From: Candidatus Bathyarchaeia archaeon
GTDB taxonomy: Archaea; Thermoproteota; Bathyarchaeia; Bathyarchaeales; Bathycorpusculaceae
Direction of reading: 5' to 3'
Assembly: GCA_049512075.1 (NCBI GenBank)
Contig: JBEKXL010000003.1
Coordinates: 143,688 to 207,687 of the forward strand
Length of the DNA stretch: 64,000 bases
In this document: positions 21,064 to 29,308 of the stretch, one piece after another
Layout of the letters: every line of letters starts with the position of its first letter
Position numbering within the stretch: the stretch's first letter is position 1
Position numbers and translations under genes: made by a program
The notes under the pieces: generated by a model
The model's input: the letters and a program-made list of their open reading frames with translations, nothing else
Told to the model about the DNA's origin: nothing
Database searches by the model: none

Positions 21064-21225
21064 GCGCGCTAGCGTGTTCCTAAATTCCCTTTTTTGGGCG
21101 TGACGAGTTGGTCCATGTCCTACAGACGATACTTCTCGCATCAATAGTCACACGGTCATCCTCGAACCAAGCGAGCCTGTAACAAAAACCAGCTCGCGAA
21201 TGAATTTAGGAACAGGCATGCGCGC
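21064..21225. mobile_element. MITE-like element, copy A
   Basis: Perfect 13-bp inverted repeat TGTTCCTAAATTC (21075-21087 / 21202-21214), each 5 bp inside a GCGCGC; homologous to 61250-61406. Confidence 0.7.
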
Positions 21226-21536
21226 TAGCTTGCCGAAGCCTTCCTTTTGGTAAATTGTTTTGGTGGGTTAATAGCATTTTCCAATGCCTCTTTCAGCAAT
21301 TTTTCAAAGTCTTTTAGATCTTGATCTGTAGACCCAGAAGTATCTGCACCATTACCAGCTTTGCTAGATTTGTCTTCTTGTTTACCTGATTCTTCGCCTT
21401 CACCTTTTTCTCCTAGTTCTTCTTTCCCCTCTTTCCCTTCTTCTTCTGACTCTGATTCTGTTTCTTCACCAGATTCCTCTTCTGACTCGTCGTCAGTTTC
21501 TTCTCCTTCATCTCCATCGCCTCCTTCATCTTCAGC
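21225..21536 (-). pseudogene. Start-less fragment of a highly acidic protein
   Basis: Open frame AEDEGGDGDEGEETDDESEEE...DFEKLLKEALENAINPPKQFTKRKASAS*; no start codon; GC runs at both ends. Confidence 0.65.
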
Positions 21537-21569
21537 GCGCGCGCATGCTCAGATTTATTGGAATTGTTT

Positions 21570-21711
21570 TGGTGGGGTCGCGCGGATTTGAACCGCGGAC
21601 CTACGGGTTTCTCCGTGACAGCTCCAGAACTTCGTCATTCCAGCGTTCTGGTCAGCAAACCCGTTTCTACATTCTGGAGCCCGTCGTCATACCTGCCTAG
21701 ACTACGACCCC
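21570..21711 (-). tRNA. tRNA-Trp(CCA) with 65-nt BHB intron at 37/38 (21609-21673)
   Basis: Acceptor GGGGTCG/CGACCCC plus ACCA; anticodon arm ACGGG-CTCCAG|A-CCCGT; T arm CGCGG-TTCAAAT-CCGCG; BHB CTCC/GGAG with AGA and AAA bulges. Confidence 0.97.
21609..21673 (-). ncRNA. Intron-encoded box C/D guide RNA of tRNA-Trp
   Basis: Guide AACGGGTTT followed by G and D' box CTGA (N+5 gives C39); C' ATGACGA; second guide TTCTGGAG complementary to the anticodon loop. Confidence 0.85.
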
Positions 21712-21844
21712 CGAGAATTCCTTAAGAGACTTTGGATATATGCGTTATTCCTTCATCGGCCAGATTGCGTAGATGAATAGCATCGGATATGGAGTTCAAA
21801 CGTGGGAAGCGATAAGCTTATGAGTACAAGACTGACGTGTATGT

Positions 21845-21972
21845 TGGGGTTTGCCGGTCATAGGGCGTGGGTCCCACCTGATCCCATACCGAACTCAGAA
21901 GTTAAACCACGTTCCGTTTCCGGTTGTAGTGTGGTCTTCGGCCATGTGAACCCGGGAAAGCTGGTAGCCCCA
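21845..21972 (+). rRNA. rrf: 5S rRNA (stand-alone)
   Basis: CCTGATCCCATACCGAACTCAGAAGTTAA 5S signature; helix I TGGGGTTTGCCGG / CTGGTAGCCCCA; TATA-like CTTATGA ~25 nt upstream. Confidence 0.95.
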
Positions 21973-22054
21973 TTTAATCAACCTGTTGATTTGGAGGAGA
22001 ATTAGCTAAGACTTATAACTAAGCGCTGATAGTCTTTTTCCAAAAGGTGAGTCT

Positions 22055-23194
22055 GTGAACATAATCCTGGCATTGATGGGTGCTCAGACCAAGCTTGCAC
22101 AGTTTGGAGACACGAGTATAACTTGGATTTTGAACATTCTTTTCTACGTCATTTTTATCGTTTTCATATTCTATGGGCAGAGAATTCAGATGTACGTGAT
22201 GCTCAGGGAAGTTGAAGTGTCACTGTATAAGCTCAAGTTCATAAAGGAAGAAGGACGAAAAATCGCGGTGGAAACCATAAAGGAGATTGGAAAGCCGCAG
22301 GCAGACCCCACCGACAAGGTTGACAGGTTCTTGGAGTACTTCACGATAGGGCCGCAGAACCTTGACCCCGCAGGCGTAGTTTGGAAGCTTGAACACATAC
22401 TCGACGTTAGAGACACACGTTTCAAGGATGAAGTGAAGTCGATGGCGCCAGCCTCAGATGAAATTCAAGTGAACAACCTGGAAAACACCCTTGAAGCGGC
22501 CAGCGCGCTTAACTTCATCTACAAGGTTATTCGCCACTATTACCTGCTCGGCAAGAAAACCCTGAGCCTCTACGTGATAATGCAGATACAGATGATCCTG
22601 CCGCTCGTCATGCGGGAAGCAGAAGCATACGCGAGCGCTTTAAAGGCGTTTGCGTATGGTCAGCCGATAGGCGATGGGGCGGGCGCACTTGTCGCGGCAA
22701 AACTCATGCACGGATACGAAACAAGAAAAGTGGCGAAAGACTGCGTTGTCGCCACTGTTCCATATGAAGGACGCACCGCGTTCGTAATAAAAGCTGAGGG
22801 ACCAGGAGGAAACGTGGGCAAACCTGGAGACGCGATAAAGGCGGTCATTGAAGAGAACGAAGGGAAAATTGCCACAGTGATCATGATTGACGCTGCCCTG
22901 AAACTTGAAGGGGAGGAGCTGGGAGAGGTGGCTGAAGGAGTGGGCGCAGCAATCGGCGGACCGGGCGTTGACCAGTACAAGATTGAAGACTCACTGCTGA
23001 AATATCACATTTCGATAAACGCCGTGGTGATAAAAGAGGACATCGGCGACGCAGTGTCGCCTTTGCGCAAGGAAGTGTTTGATTCGACTGACAAAGTGCT
23101 TGAAAGGGTGAAACAGGTCGTGGTGGAAAAGACGAAGGAAGGAGACAAAGTGATAATCGCCGGAATCGGAAACACCATCGGCATCGGACAATAG
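22055..23194 (+). CDS. DUF1512 family protein
   Basis: QPIGDGAG, KAEGPGGNVGKPG, IDAALKLEGE, IGNTIGIGQ. Confidence 0.85.
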   Translation: MNIILALMGAQTKLAQFGDTSITWILNILFYVIFIVFIFYGQRIQMYVMLREVEVSLYKLKFIKEEGRKIAVETIKEIGKPQADPTDKVDRFLEYFTIGPQNLDPAGVVWKLEHILDVRDTRFKDEVKSMAPASDEIQVNNLENTLEAASALNFIYKVIRHYYLLGKKTLSLYVIMQIQMILPLVMREAEAYASALKAFAYGQPIGDGAGALVAAKLMHGYETRKVAKDCVVATVPYEGRTAFVIKAEGPGGNVGKPGDAIKAVIEENEGKIATVIMIDAALKLEGEELGEVAEGVGAAIGGPGVDQYKIEDSLLKYHISINAVVIKEDIGDAVSPLRKEVFDSTDKVLERVKQVVVEKTKEGDKVIIAGIGNTIGIGQ

Positions 23195-23206
23195 GAGACG
23201 AATGAA

Positions 23207-23638
23207 ATGAGCGGAACCTCAGCTTCAACAACGACGAGCAGAATCTCGTCATTCGTGCTTCTCGTAGTGTTCATAACCCTGGCGTTGTCACTCGTGGCAC
23301 TGATTTTTGCAGCAGCCCTCGTGGTCGGATACTTCAACGTCGGAAACGATCTGACAGGCGCATATGTTCTGCTGGCCCTCGGCATTCTGGGAATAGCCAT
23401 ATCCACGTACGTGCTCGTTGAGACGAGAAGAAGACTGTCAAAACTGAAAATCGTAGTTCCTCCCGTGATGACGACTGTCGAGTGCAGAAAGTGCGGCGTT
23501 AAGAACGTCAGAGAATTCCAGCGCGGCGACTACATATTCAAGGAAACTGACCCCTGCCAGAAATGCAACGATAAAATGTTGATAACGGCAATCTATAGGG
23601 AAGTTAAAGAAAAGGAAAAGGAACGATTCCCGTTCTAG
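23207..23638 (+). CDS. Membrane protein with C-terminal zinc ribbon
   Basis: Two TM helices, CRKCG...REFQRGDYIF...CQKC. Confidence 0.75.
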   Translation: MSGTSASTTTSRISSFVLLVVFITLALSLVALIFAAALVVGYFNVGNDLTGAYVLLALGILGIAISTYVLVETRRRLSKLKIVVPPVMTTVECRKCGVKNVREFQRGDYIFKETDPCQKCNDKMLITAIYREVKEKEKERFPF

Positions 23639-24540
23639 GTCAGGACGAGACAGCCGTCCTCAACTATCATGACCGTGTGCTCCGCCTGAGCGACGGTTCT
23701 TCGGCTTGCTTCAACGAAAACAGGATAGTACATGAGAGCCTTCGAAGATAGAAGCTCATTGAACGCTTCTCTGTGATGTTCTTTGGGCACTACGCCCTGC
23801 AACCAGCGCTCCGCAAAGGGGAGAGTCCTGAAATTCTCCTCAATGAATTTCAGAAGCTGCTTAGCATACGGATCTTTTGGCGATCTCGACTTGATGAACC
23901 TGAAAATCGTAGACTCGTCCCCGTCCTCAACTCTTCCAACTGCATCCGGCATCGTCACGAATGGCTCAATTGCATAGACTCCGCCGAGCTTGAGTTTCGT
24001 AAAAGACAACTGGGAAACATTCGGTATTGAAGTGCCAGTGTGCAAGATGTACCGACCAACCTGATGCCCAGTGAGATTTGATATCGGTTTGAAACCGCGC
24101 GATTTTATCGTGTTCTCGATCAATGTGCCGAGTTTTGAGGCTGAAATCCCTGGCTTAATGTTCTCTGTGGCAACTTTCAAGGCGCGCTCCGCAGTTGCCA
24201 CGAGATCTTCGTAATCACGGTTCAAACAAACAGTCACCGCGGTGTCGGTCACGTAGCCGTCTACATGTGCGCCAATATCTACCTTAACAACCGAGTTTTC
24301 GGGAACCCGCCTCTTGTCACCCGGCGGAGACGTGTAGTGTGCCGCCACCTCGTTTATCGAAACATTGCATGGAAACGCTGGCTCTGCACCCTTTTTCTTT
24401 ATCAGATCCTCCGCCTTCTCGCAGATGTCGATTATCATAATGCCTTCACGAACATAGCTCTTAATCTCCTCACGTGCTTCCCGAAGAATCCTTCCTGACA
24501 ACTTGAACTTCTCGAAAGCTTCCTTGTCATATTCACTCAT
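23635..24540 (-). CDS. map: Methionine aminopeptidase type II
   Basis: AFPCNVSINEVAAHY, KVDIGAHVDG, NLTGH, AIEPF, AQAEHT. Confidence 0.96.
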   Translation of the reverse strand: MSEYDKEAFEKFKLSGRILREAREEIKSYVREGIMIIDICEKAEDLIKKKGAEPAFPCNVSINEVAAHYTSPPGDKRRVPENSVVKVDIGAHVDGYVTDTAVTVCLNRDYEDLVATAERALKVATENIKPGISASKLGTLIENTIKSRGFKPISNLTGHQVGRYILHTGTSIPNVSQLSFTKLKLGGVYAIEPFVTMPDAVGRVEDGDESTIFRFIKSRSPKDPYAKQLLKFIEENFRTLPFAERWLQGVVPKEHHREAFNELLSSKALMYYPVFVEASRRTVAQAEHTVMIVEDGCLVLT

Positions 24541-24669
24541 TAAACTTCCAACCTACAGGGGCAAAGCAAGACTGAAATCTATTCACAATTCCCTTTTTCT
24601 ACACACAGGTGGCTTAAATGTTTAATCGGCAACGAATTGAAGACACGAAGCTGGCGCACCCGGTCGCCC

Positions 24670-25233
24670 TTAGCCCTTGGATTCGAAGACTTTTGGCTCA
24701 AGAGTCGAGTATTTGTCTCCTCCAAGATGAAAAATCATGTGTGTTTTTCCCAGGTCATACGAGTCTCTGAAGGCTCCTTTGTCAACGTGGGCGTCAACTA
24801 TTTCGCCCAAGAATATCGTGTGGTCTCCTGCCGTGAATTGACTGTGAAGTTTACATTCTAGATGACCCACGCATTCTTCTATGAGTGGCGCTTTGACTTT
24901 CTTTCCCGGAAGCGGTGTTAAGCCTGTTTCCTTGAATTTGTCATGGTTTCTGCCGCTGGTTGTTCCGCAGAGTACAGCCTTGTCCAGCATGTCCATCGTA
25001 GGTATGTTAACTACAAACTCTTTCGTTTCTTCGATTAGCGTGTGTGAGTGTCTTCGTGGCGAGACGCTTATGGCCACGAGCGGCGGGCTTATCGAGGTAG
25101 GCATTGCCCACGCCAAGGTTATGATGTTGGGTTTTCCAGTTTTTCCCACGCTCGTGACGAGCACCGTGTGCATCGGATGAAGAAGCCTGTAGGCTGAACT
25201 AGCGTTGACTTCGACTTTTTCTTTCTTGCTCAT
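24670..25233 (-). CDS. Flavin reductase family protein
   Basis: NIITLAW, EFVVNIP, SGRNHDKF, LECK, GDHTIFLGEI. Confidence 0.9.
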   Translation of the reverse strand: MSKKEKVEVNASSAYRLLHPMHTVLVTSVGKTGKPNIITLAWAMPTSISPPLVAISVSPRRHSHTLIEETKEFVVNIPTMDMLDKAVLCGTTSGRNHDKFKETGLTPLPGKKVKAPLIEECVGHLECKLHSQFTAGDHTIFLGEIVDAHVDKGAFRDSYDLGKTHMIFHLGGDKYSTLEPKVFESKG

Positions 25234-25247
25234 GTGCCACACGCACC

Positions 25248-26378
25248 TCAACGTTTGATATGATACTTCCCTATTTTGTCTTTGGCTTTTTCCCGTCTCT
25301 TCTGGTGCTCCGCAAGAAACCGGTTGATCCGTTCGGTCAGGTCCCTTTTGCATTCACCGCACAATATTCCGCCTGTCCTGCACTTTCTCTCTCTTTCCGC
25401 GAGCCTCTTGTCATCTTCCTCGAAAAGGTAGAGAAAGTACTGGTAGACCGAGCAAACGTCCGGGTTCGCGCCTTCCTTCCTCTGCTCCGCCATCGTTCCC
25501 TTTCCACCTGTGAAAGCGTTCCAGACTTTTCTCTTCACGACATCAGGCGGGTCAACAGTGAATATCGCCGTGTCCGGTTCAGACGCGCTCATTTTTCCTC
25601 CTATTCCCAACCCCGGCAAGAAGCGATTGTGAATTTGCGCTGGTTTGTAGTAGCCTAGTTTTGGAGCGATATCGCGGGTGATTCGCCAGTAGGGGTCCTG
25701 ATCGATGGCCGCAGGGATGAGGGCGGGAACGTTTTCGCCGGTCAGCTTCTTGTGTATGAAGCAGGGAACCGCTTGCACGGCCGGCCAGAACACCCAGCCG
25801 AGGTTCGTGCTCTCCTGGAATCCGAAGGTGGCTTTGGCCGTTGAGTAGGTTATACGCTTGGCAACTTCCAGTGCAATGTCGTAGAGCAGGTCAATGTCCT
25901 GAACGTCGTAGATTATGAACGTCTTCTCCGGCTCAAAACCCAATGCAACTAAGTCAAGAGCGTTATCATAACCTGTTTCCGTGGTTTCCGCGAGTTTGCG
26001 TTCGTCGTCCACCACAAATTTCTCGTCGTCAGTCATCTGGAAATAGAGCCTAGTGTCAAATGCATCCTGCAAGTGTTTCGTGAAAATCCACGGGACAAGA
26101 TGCCCTATGTGTACAGGACCAGAGGGACCTCGGCCAGTGTATAACACGAACTTTGTTCCCTTGTCGTACAAGTCCAAGACCGTGTCCAGGTCGCGGTGAG
26201 AGAAGAACAGTTTTCTGCGCAGTTGGAGATGAAGTTCGCCCGTGGATTTTGCCAGCCTCTGCAGCAACTCGTCGGTCAGGGGTTGGGTTCCAAACTCACG
26301 TATCAAACGGTCATAGTCAACCTTGCCCCGAACTTCCCATGGGGTGACAACCATCTCATTTTTTTCCTCATCTGTCAA
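25248..26378 (-). CDS. trpS: Tryptophanyl-tRNA synthetase (archaeal type)
   Basis: VTPWEV, YTGRGPSGPVHIGH, AIDQDPYWR, KMSAS. Confidence 0.97.
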   Translation of the reverse strand: MTDEEKNEMVVTPWEVRGKVDYDRLIREFGTQPLTDELLQRLAKSTGELHLQLRRKLFFSHRDLDTVLDLYDKGTKFVLYTGRGPSGPVHIGHLVPWIFTKHLQDAFDTRLYFQMTDDEKFVVDDERKLAETTETGYDNALDLVALGFEPEKTFIIYDVQDIDLLYDIALEVAKRITYSTAKATFGFQESTNLGWVFWPAVQAVPCFIHKKLTGENVPALIPAAIDQDPYWRITRDIAPKLGYYKPAQIHNRFLPGLGIGGKMSASEPDTAIFTVDPPDVVKRKVWNAFTGGKGTMAEQRKEGANPDVCSVYQYFLYLFEEDDKRLAERERKCRTGGILCGECKRDLTERINRFLAEHQKRREKAKDKIGKYHIKR

Positions 26379-26459
26379 ATTTGACCGCCTACTACCACGG
26401 TTTCCTATACAATTCAGAGAAAACGTATTAAGTTTTGTGCGAGCATGTGCTCTTGCCTT

Positions 26460-26843
26460 TCAAAGGGGGATATAGACCAAAAGAAAGGATGAGATGATTA
26501 AGAAGATTCCCGCTATGATCAAAGTCAACCCCAATCGGATGTGACCCTTTGGCTTCCACGCGTCTCTTCGCATCATCTCAGAAGGCCCTACAGTCTCTTT
26601 GCCCAATGCATTTGCTAATGAAGCCCGCAACGCGGCGCTTGAAGTATTGTGGCTTATTCCGCCCGAACCGAGAAGAAACCCCGCACCTGCAAGAATTAAC
26701 AATATCCCATCCAAAGCTGAGATTTCTGGAGGCTGGTAAGCAAGTGAATAGAAAGGCGATGGGCCATACCAGGATGCGACCGCGTGCGCATATAACTGGA
26801 GAAGCTAAAAGCTAACGCCGTAAGTCGCAAGGGCAACTAGCAC
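26460..26843 (-). pseudogene. Small membrane protein gene, possibly interrupted by an in-frame TAG (26805-26807)
   Basis: Hydrophobic frame VLVALATYGVSF*LLQLYAH...ALDGILLILAG continues in frame with ORF 26460..26714. Confidence 0.35.
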
Positions 26844-27197
26844 GGAAGCCCGCTTAACAGTGCAGCATTACGCAGACTGTATTTGTTCACAGTTCTCAGA
26901 CATAAAGATGCAGCATGAAGGATAAAAGGCCTCCCACGCGCATGATTAAGGCTGGACTACTACATTTGGAAGGCCTTACTTGGTTCCCACAGTCTCCCCC
27001 ACTGCAGGAGTAGATGAAGCCAACAAGACCTGGATTGTGCTATCTGAAAGCCCGCACCGCAGAAATTGCAGTTTGAACAACCTTGAACTTCTAGTTGTCG
27101 TAAATCTCTACGATAATAAGGACGTTCTGGGAAAGGCCAATGCTTAAATAATGAAGTTGTCCTCTCAATAAATGCTCGAAGCAGGGAGTGAACAAAG

Positions 27198-27527
27198 TTG
27201 ACAGATGACAAAAAATGGGCGAAAGATTTAAGTATCAAGTGCGGCGTTGAGCCCAGGTTTCTAGAACTCGCACTTGAAGAACTGAAAGAAAGTTGCGGCG
27301 CCGATTCTCCTACTTCAAAAGAAATCGTCGAAGAACTCACAACAACCTGCCACTTTGATGAAAAGGAGCTCAGGGAATTCATAAAAGAAGTATCCAAGAA
27401 TTGCCCCATGGATATAAAGAAATTGAAAAAAAGCGTCGAAGACGCACACGGCGATAGGGAAACAGTCTACAATGCAATTGAAAACATATCCGGAACAGAC
27501 TTTCGCCGTCGCGAGGGCACCATTTAG
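27198..27527 (+). CDS. Hypothetical helical protein
   Basis: GGAGTG RBS, TATA-like boxes upstream, natural composition. Confidence 0.6.
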   Translation: MTDDKKWAKDLSIKCGVEPRFLELALEELKESCGADSPTSKEIVEELTTTCHFDEKELREFIKEVSKNCPMDIKKLKKSVEDAHGDRETVYNAIENISGTDFRRREGTI

Positions 27528-27796
27528 CATTTAGCCGCTCAAGCACACGACAGCAATGGCTCAGGTTCAACAAAGGATGATGCCCTGAATCTTCCAGTTT
27601 TGCCGAGTAGATTCATCCAGACAGACGTCAGGCCATGGACCTGTTCCGTTAAGGCTACCTTCAGCAGACCTCTTCGGATTTTACGACGTCATCATAACAC
27701 GTATGAACCGCACGCGTTCTGGAGTCAGGCTTTTATTAAAATGTGAACAACTACATTACGAAATCCAGTGCATCCTGCTTACGGGTGTGGAACGGC

Positions 27797-29308
27797 ATGG
27801 TTGAGTTAAGAGAACACGAACATCGGACGCTTTCGGCAATGGGCAGACTCATCGGGGAAGCGAATGTGGAGCGACTCATGAAAGAGAGCGGATTGTCAGA
27901 TGCGGCTGTAATGCGTGCCGCCATCACGCTGCAGGAAAAAGGGCTTGTGAGAATCCATGAACGCAAGGAGACTGTGTTGAAGCTTAACGCAGAAGGAAAG
28001 CTTCACGCGAGAAAAGGCCTGCCAGAACGGCGCCTCATAAACGCTTTGGAAAACCTCGGCGAAGAAGCTTCGCGCAAAAGTGCCTTTGAAAAAGCAGGCT
28101 TGGAAAAGCAATTCATACCAATCGCGCTGGGGTGGGCTCAGAAGAAGAAATGGACGACGCTGGACTCGAAAGCAGACGTGTTGCAGGCGGTCATGAAACC
28201 GGAAGTGGGTATTGATGAGAGATTGCTGCAGGTTCTGAATGAGAAGGAAAAGGTGATGGCTGAAGAGCTGGATCCTGAGCTTCAAGGGGCCGTGCAGGTT
28301 CTCAAAGGCAGGAAGCTTCTTGACGTTGAAGGAAAGACAAGACGCGTTATCGAGTTGACACCAGCCGGCAGGGAAACACTGGAGGAAGGAGCAAGTGAAG
28401 CCCCTGAAGTGACTCAGTTAACGCAGGAGCTTATTGTCGGCGGGAAATGGAAGAAGGTGAAGCTTCAAAGATACAATGTAGAGGCGCCGGTGGCTGAGAC
28501 GTGGCCCGGCAAGAAGCATCCCTACATGCAATTCCTCGAAGAAGTGAGAGACAAGCTTGTCACTTTAGGATTCAAGGAAATGGTCGGCACCGCTGTTGAA
28601 ACGTCCTTCTTCAACTTCGACGCCCTCTACACGCCTCAGGACCATCCAGCTCGCGAAGCATCAGGCATATACTTCGTCAAATCGCCAAAAGAAGGAAGCA
28701 TAGACGTTCCCAAGAAAATCCTTGACAACGTGAGACAGACTCATGAAAACGGTTGGAAAACAGGCTCCACCGGCTGGAAATACAAATATTCCACGAAAGA
28801 GGCCAAGCGCCTTATTCTGCGAGGACACGGAACATGCCTCAGTGCGAGAACGCTACTGAGCAAAGACCTGCAAGTTCCAGGCAGATACTTCTCGATTGTC
28901 CGATGCTACAGACCTGAGATAGTGGACAAGACACATCTGACAGAGTTCAATCAGGTTGAAGGCATAATCATTGACAAGGATTTGACACTGCGAGATCTGC
29001 TGGGTGTGCTAGGAAAATTTGCCACCGAAATCGCGGGGGCGGACAAGGTCAAGTTCAGGCCGGACTACTTCCCCTTCACAGAGCCGAGCGTTGAACTTGC
29101 TGCGTACAGGAAGGGTTATGGATGGATAGAGTTCGGCGGCTCAGGAATCTTCAGACCTGAAGTTACAATGCCCTTGGGCATTAAGGAGCCAGTTATTGCG
29201 TGGGGTTTAGGCATAGACCGTCTGTTCATGATGAGGGCTAGGATCGAGGAGATACGATGCATTTTCACTCAAGACTTGGACTGGGTGAGGAGGAAAGCGG
29301 TGGTCTAG
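27797..29308 (+). CDS. pheS: Phenylalanyl-tRNA synthetase alpha subunit
   Basis: NFDALYTPQDHPAR, THLTEFNQVEG, YFPFTEPS, GSGIFRPE, AWGLGIDR. Confidence 0.97.
   Translation: MVELREHEHRTLSAMGRLIGEANVERLMKESGLSDAAVMRAAITLQEKGLVRIHERKETVLKLNAEGKLHARKGLPERRLINALENLGEEASRKSAFEKAGLEKQFIPIALGWAQKKKWTTLDSKADVLQAVMKPEVGIDERLLQVLNEKEKVMAEELDPELQGAVQVLKGRKLLDVEGKTRRVIELTPAGRETLEEGASEAPEVTQLTQELIVGGKWKKVKLQRYNVEAPVAETWPGKKHPYMQFLEEVRDKLVTLGFKEMVGTAVETSFFNFDALYTPQDHPAREASGIYFVKSPKEGSIDVPKKILDNVRQTHENGWKTGSTGWKYKYSTKEAKRLILRGHGTCLSARTLLSKDLQVPGRYFSIVRCYRPEIVDKTHLTEFNQVEGIIIDKDLTLRDLLGVLGKFATEIAGADKVKFRPDYFPFTEPSVELAAYRKGYGWIEFGGSGIFRPEVTMPLGIKEPVIAWGLGIDRLFMMRARIEEIRCIFTQDLDWVRRKAVV

Noticed and set aside
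21802-22005. ORFs over 5S rRNA, the tRNA copies (19625..19819, 21361..21591) and antisense to rnpB (53542..53853)
   Set aside because: Shadow ORFs of RNA genes or of the opposite-strand acidic frame
26805-26807. Pyrrolysine or other recoding at the in-frame TAG
   Set aside because: No pyl genes in the window and TAG ends many genes here; a pseudogene is simpler
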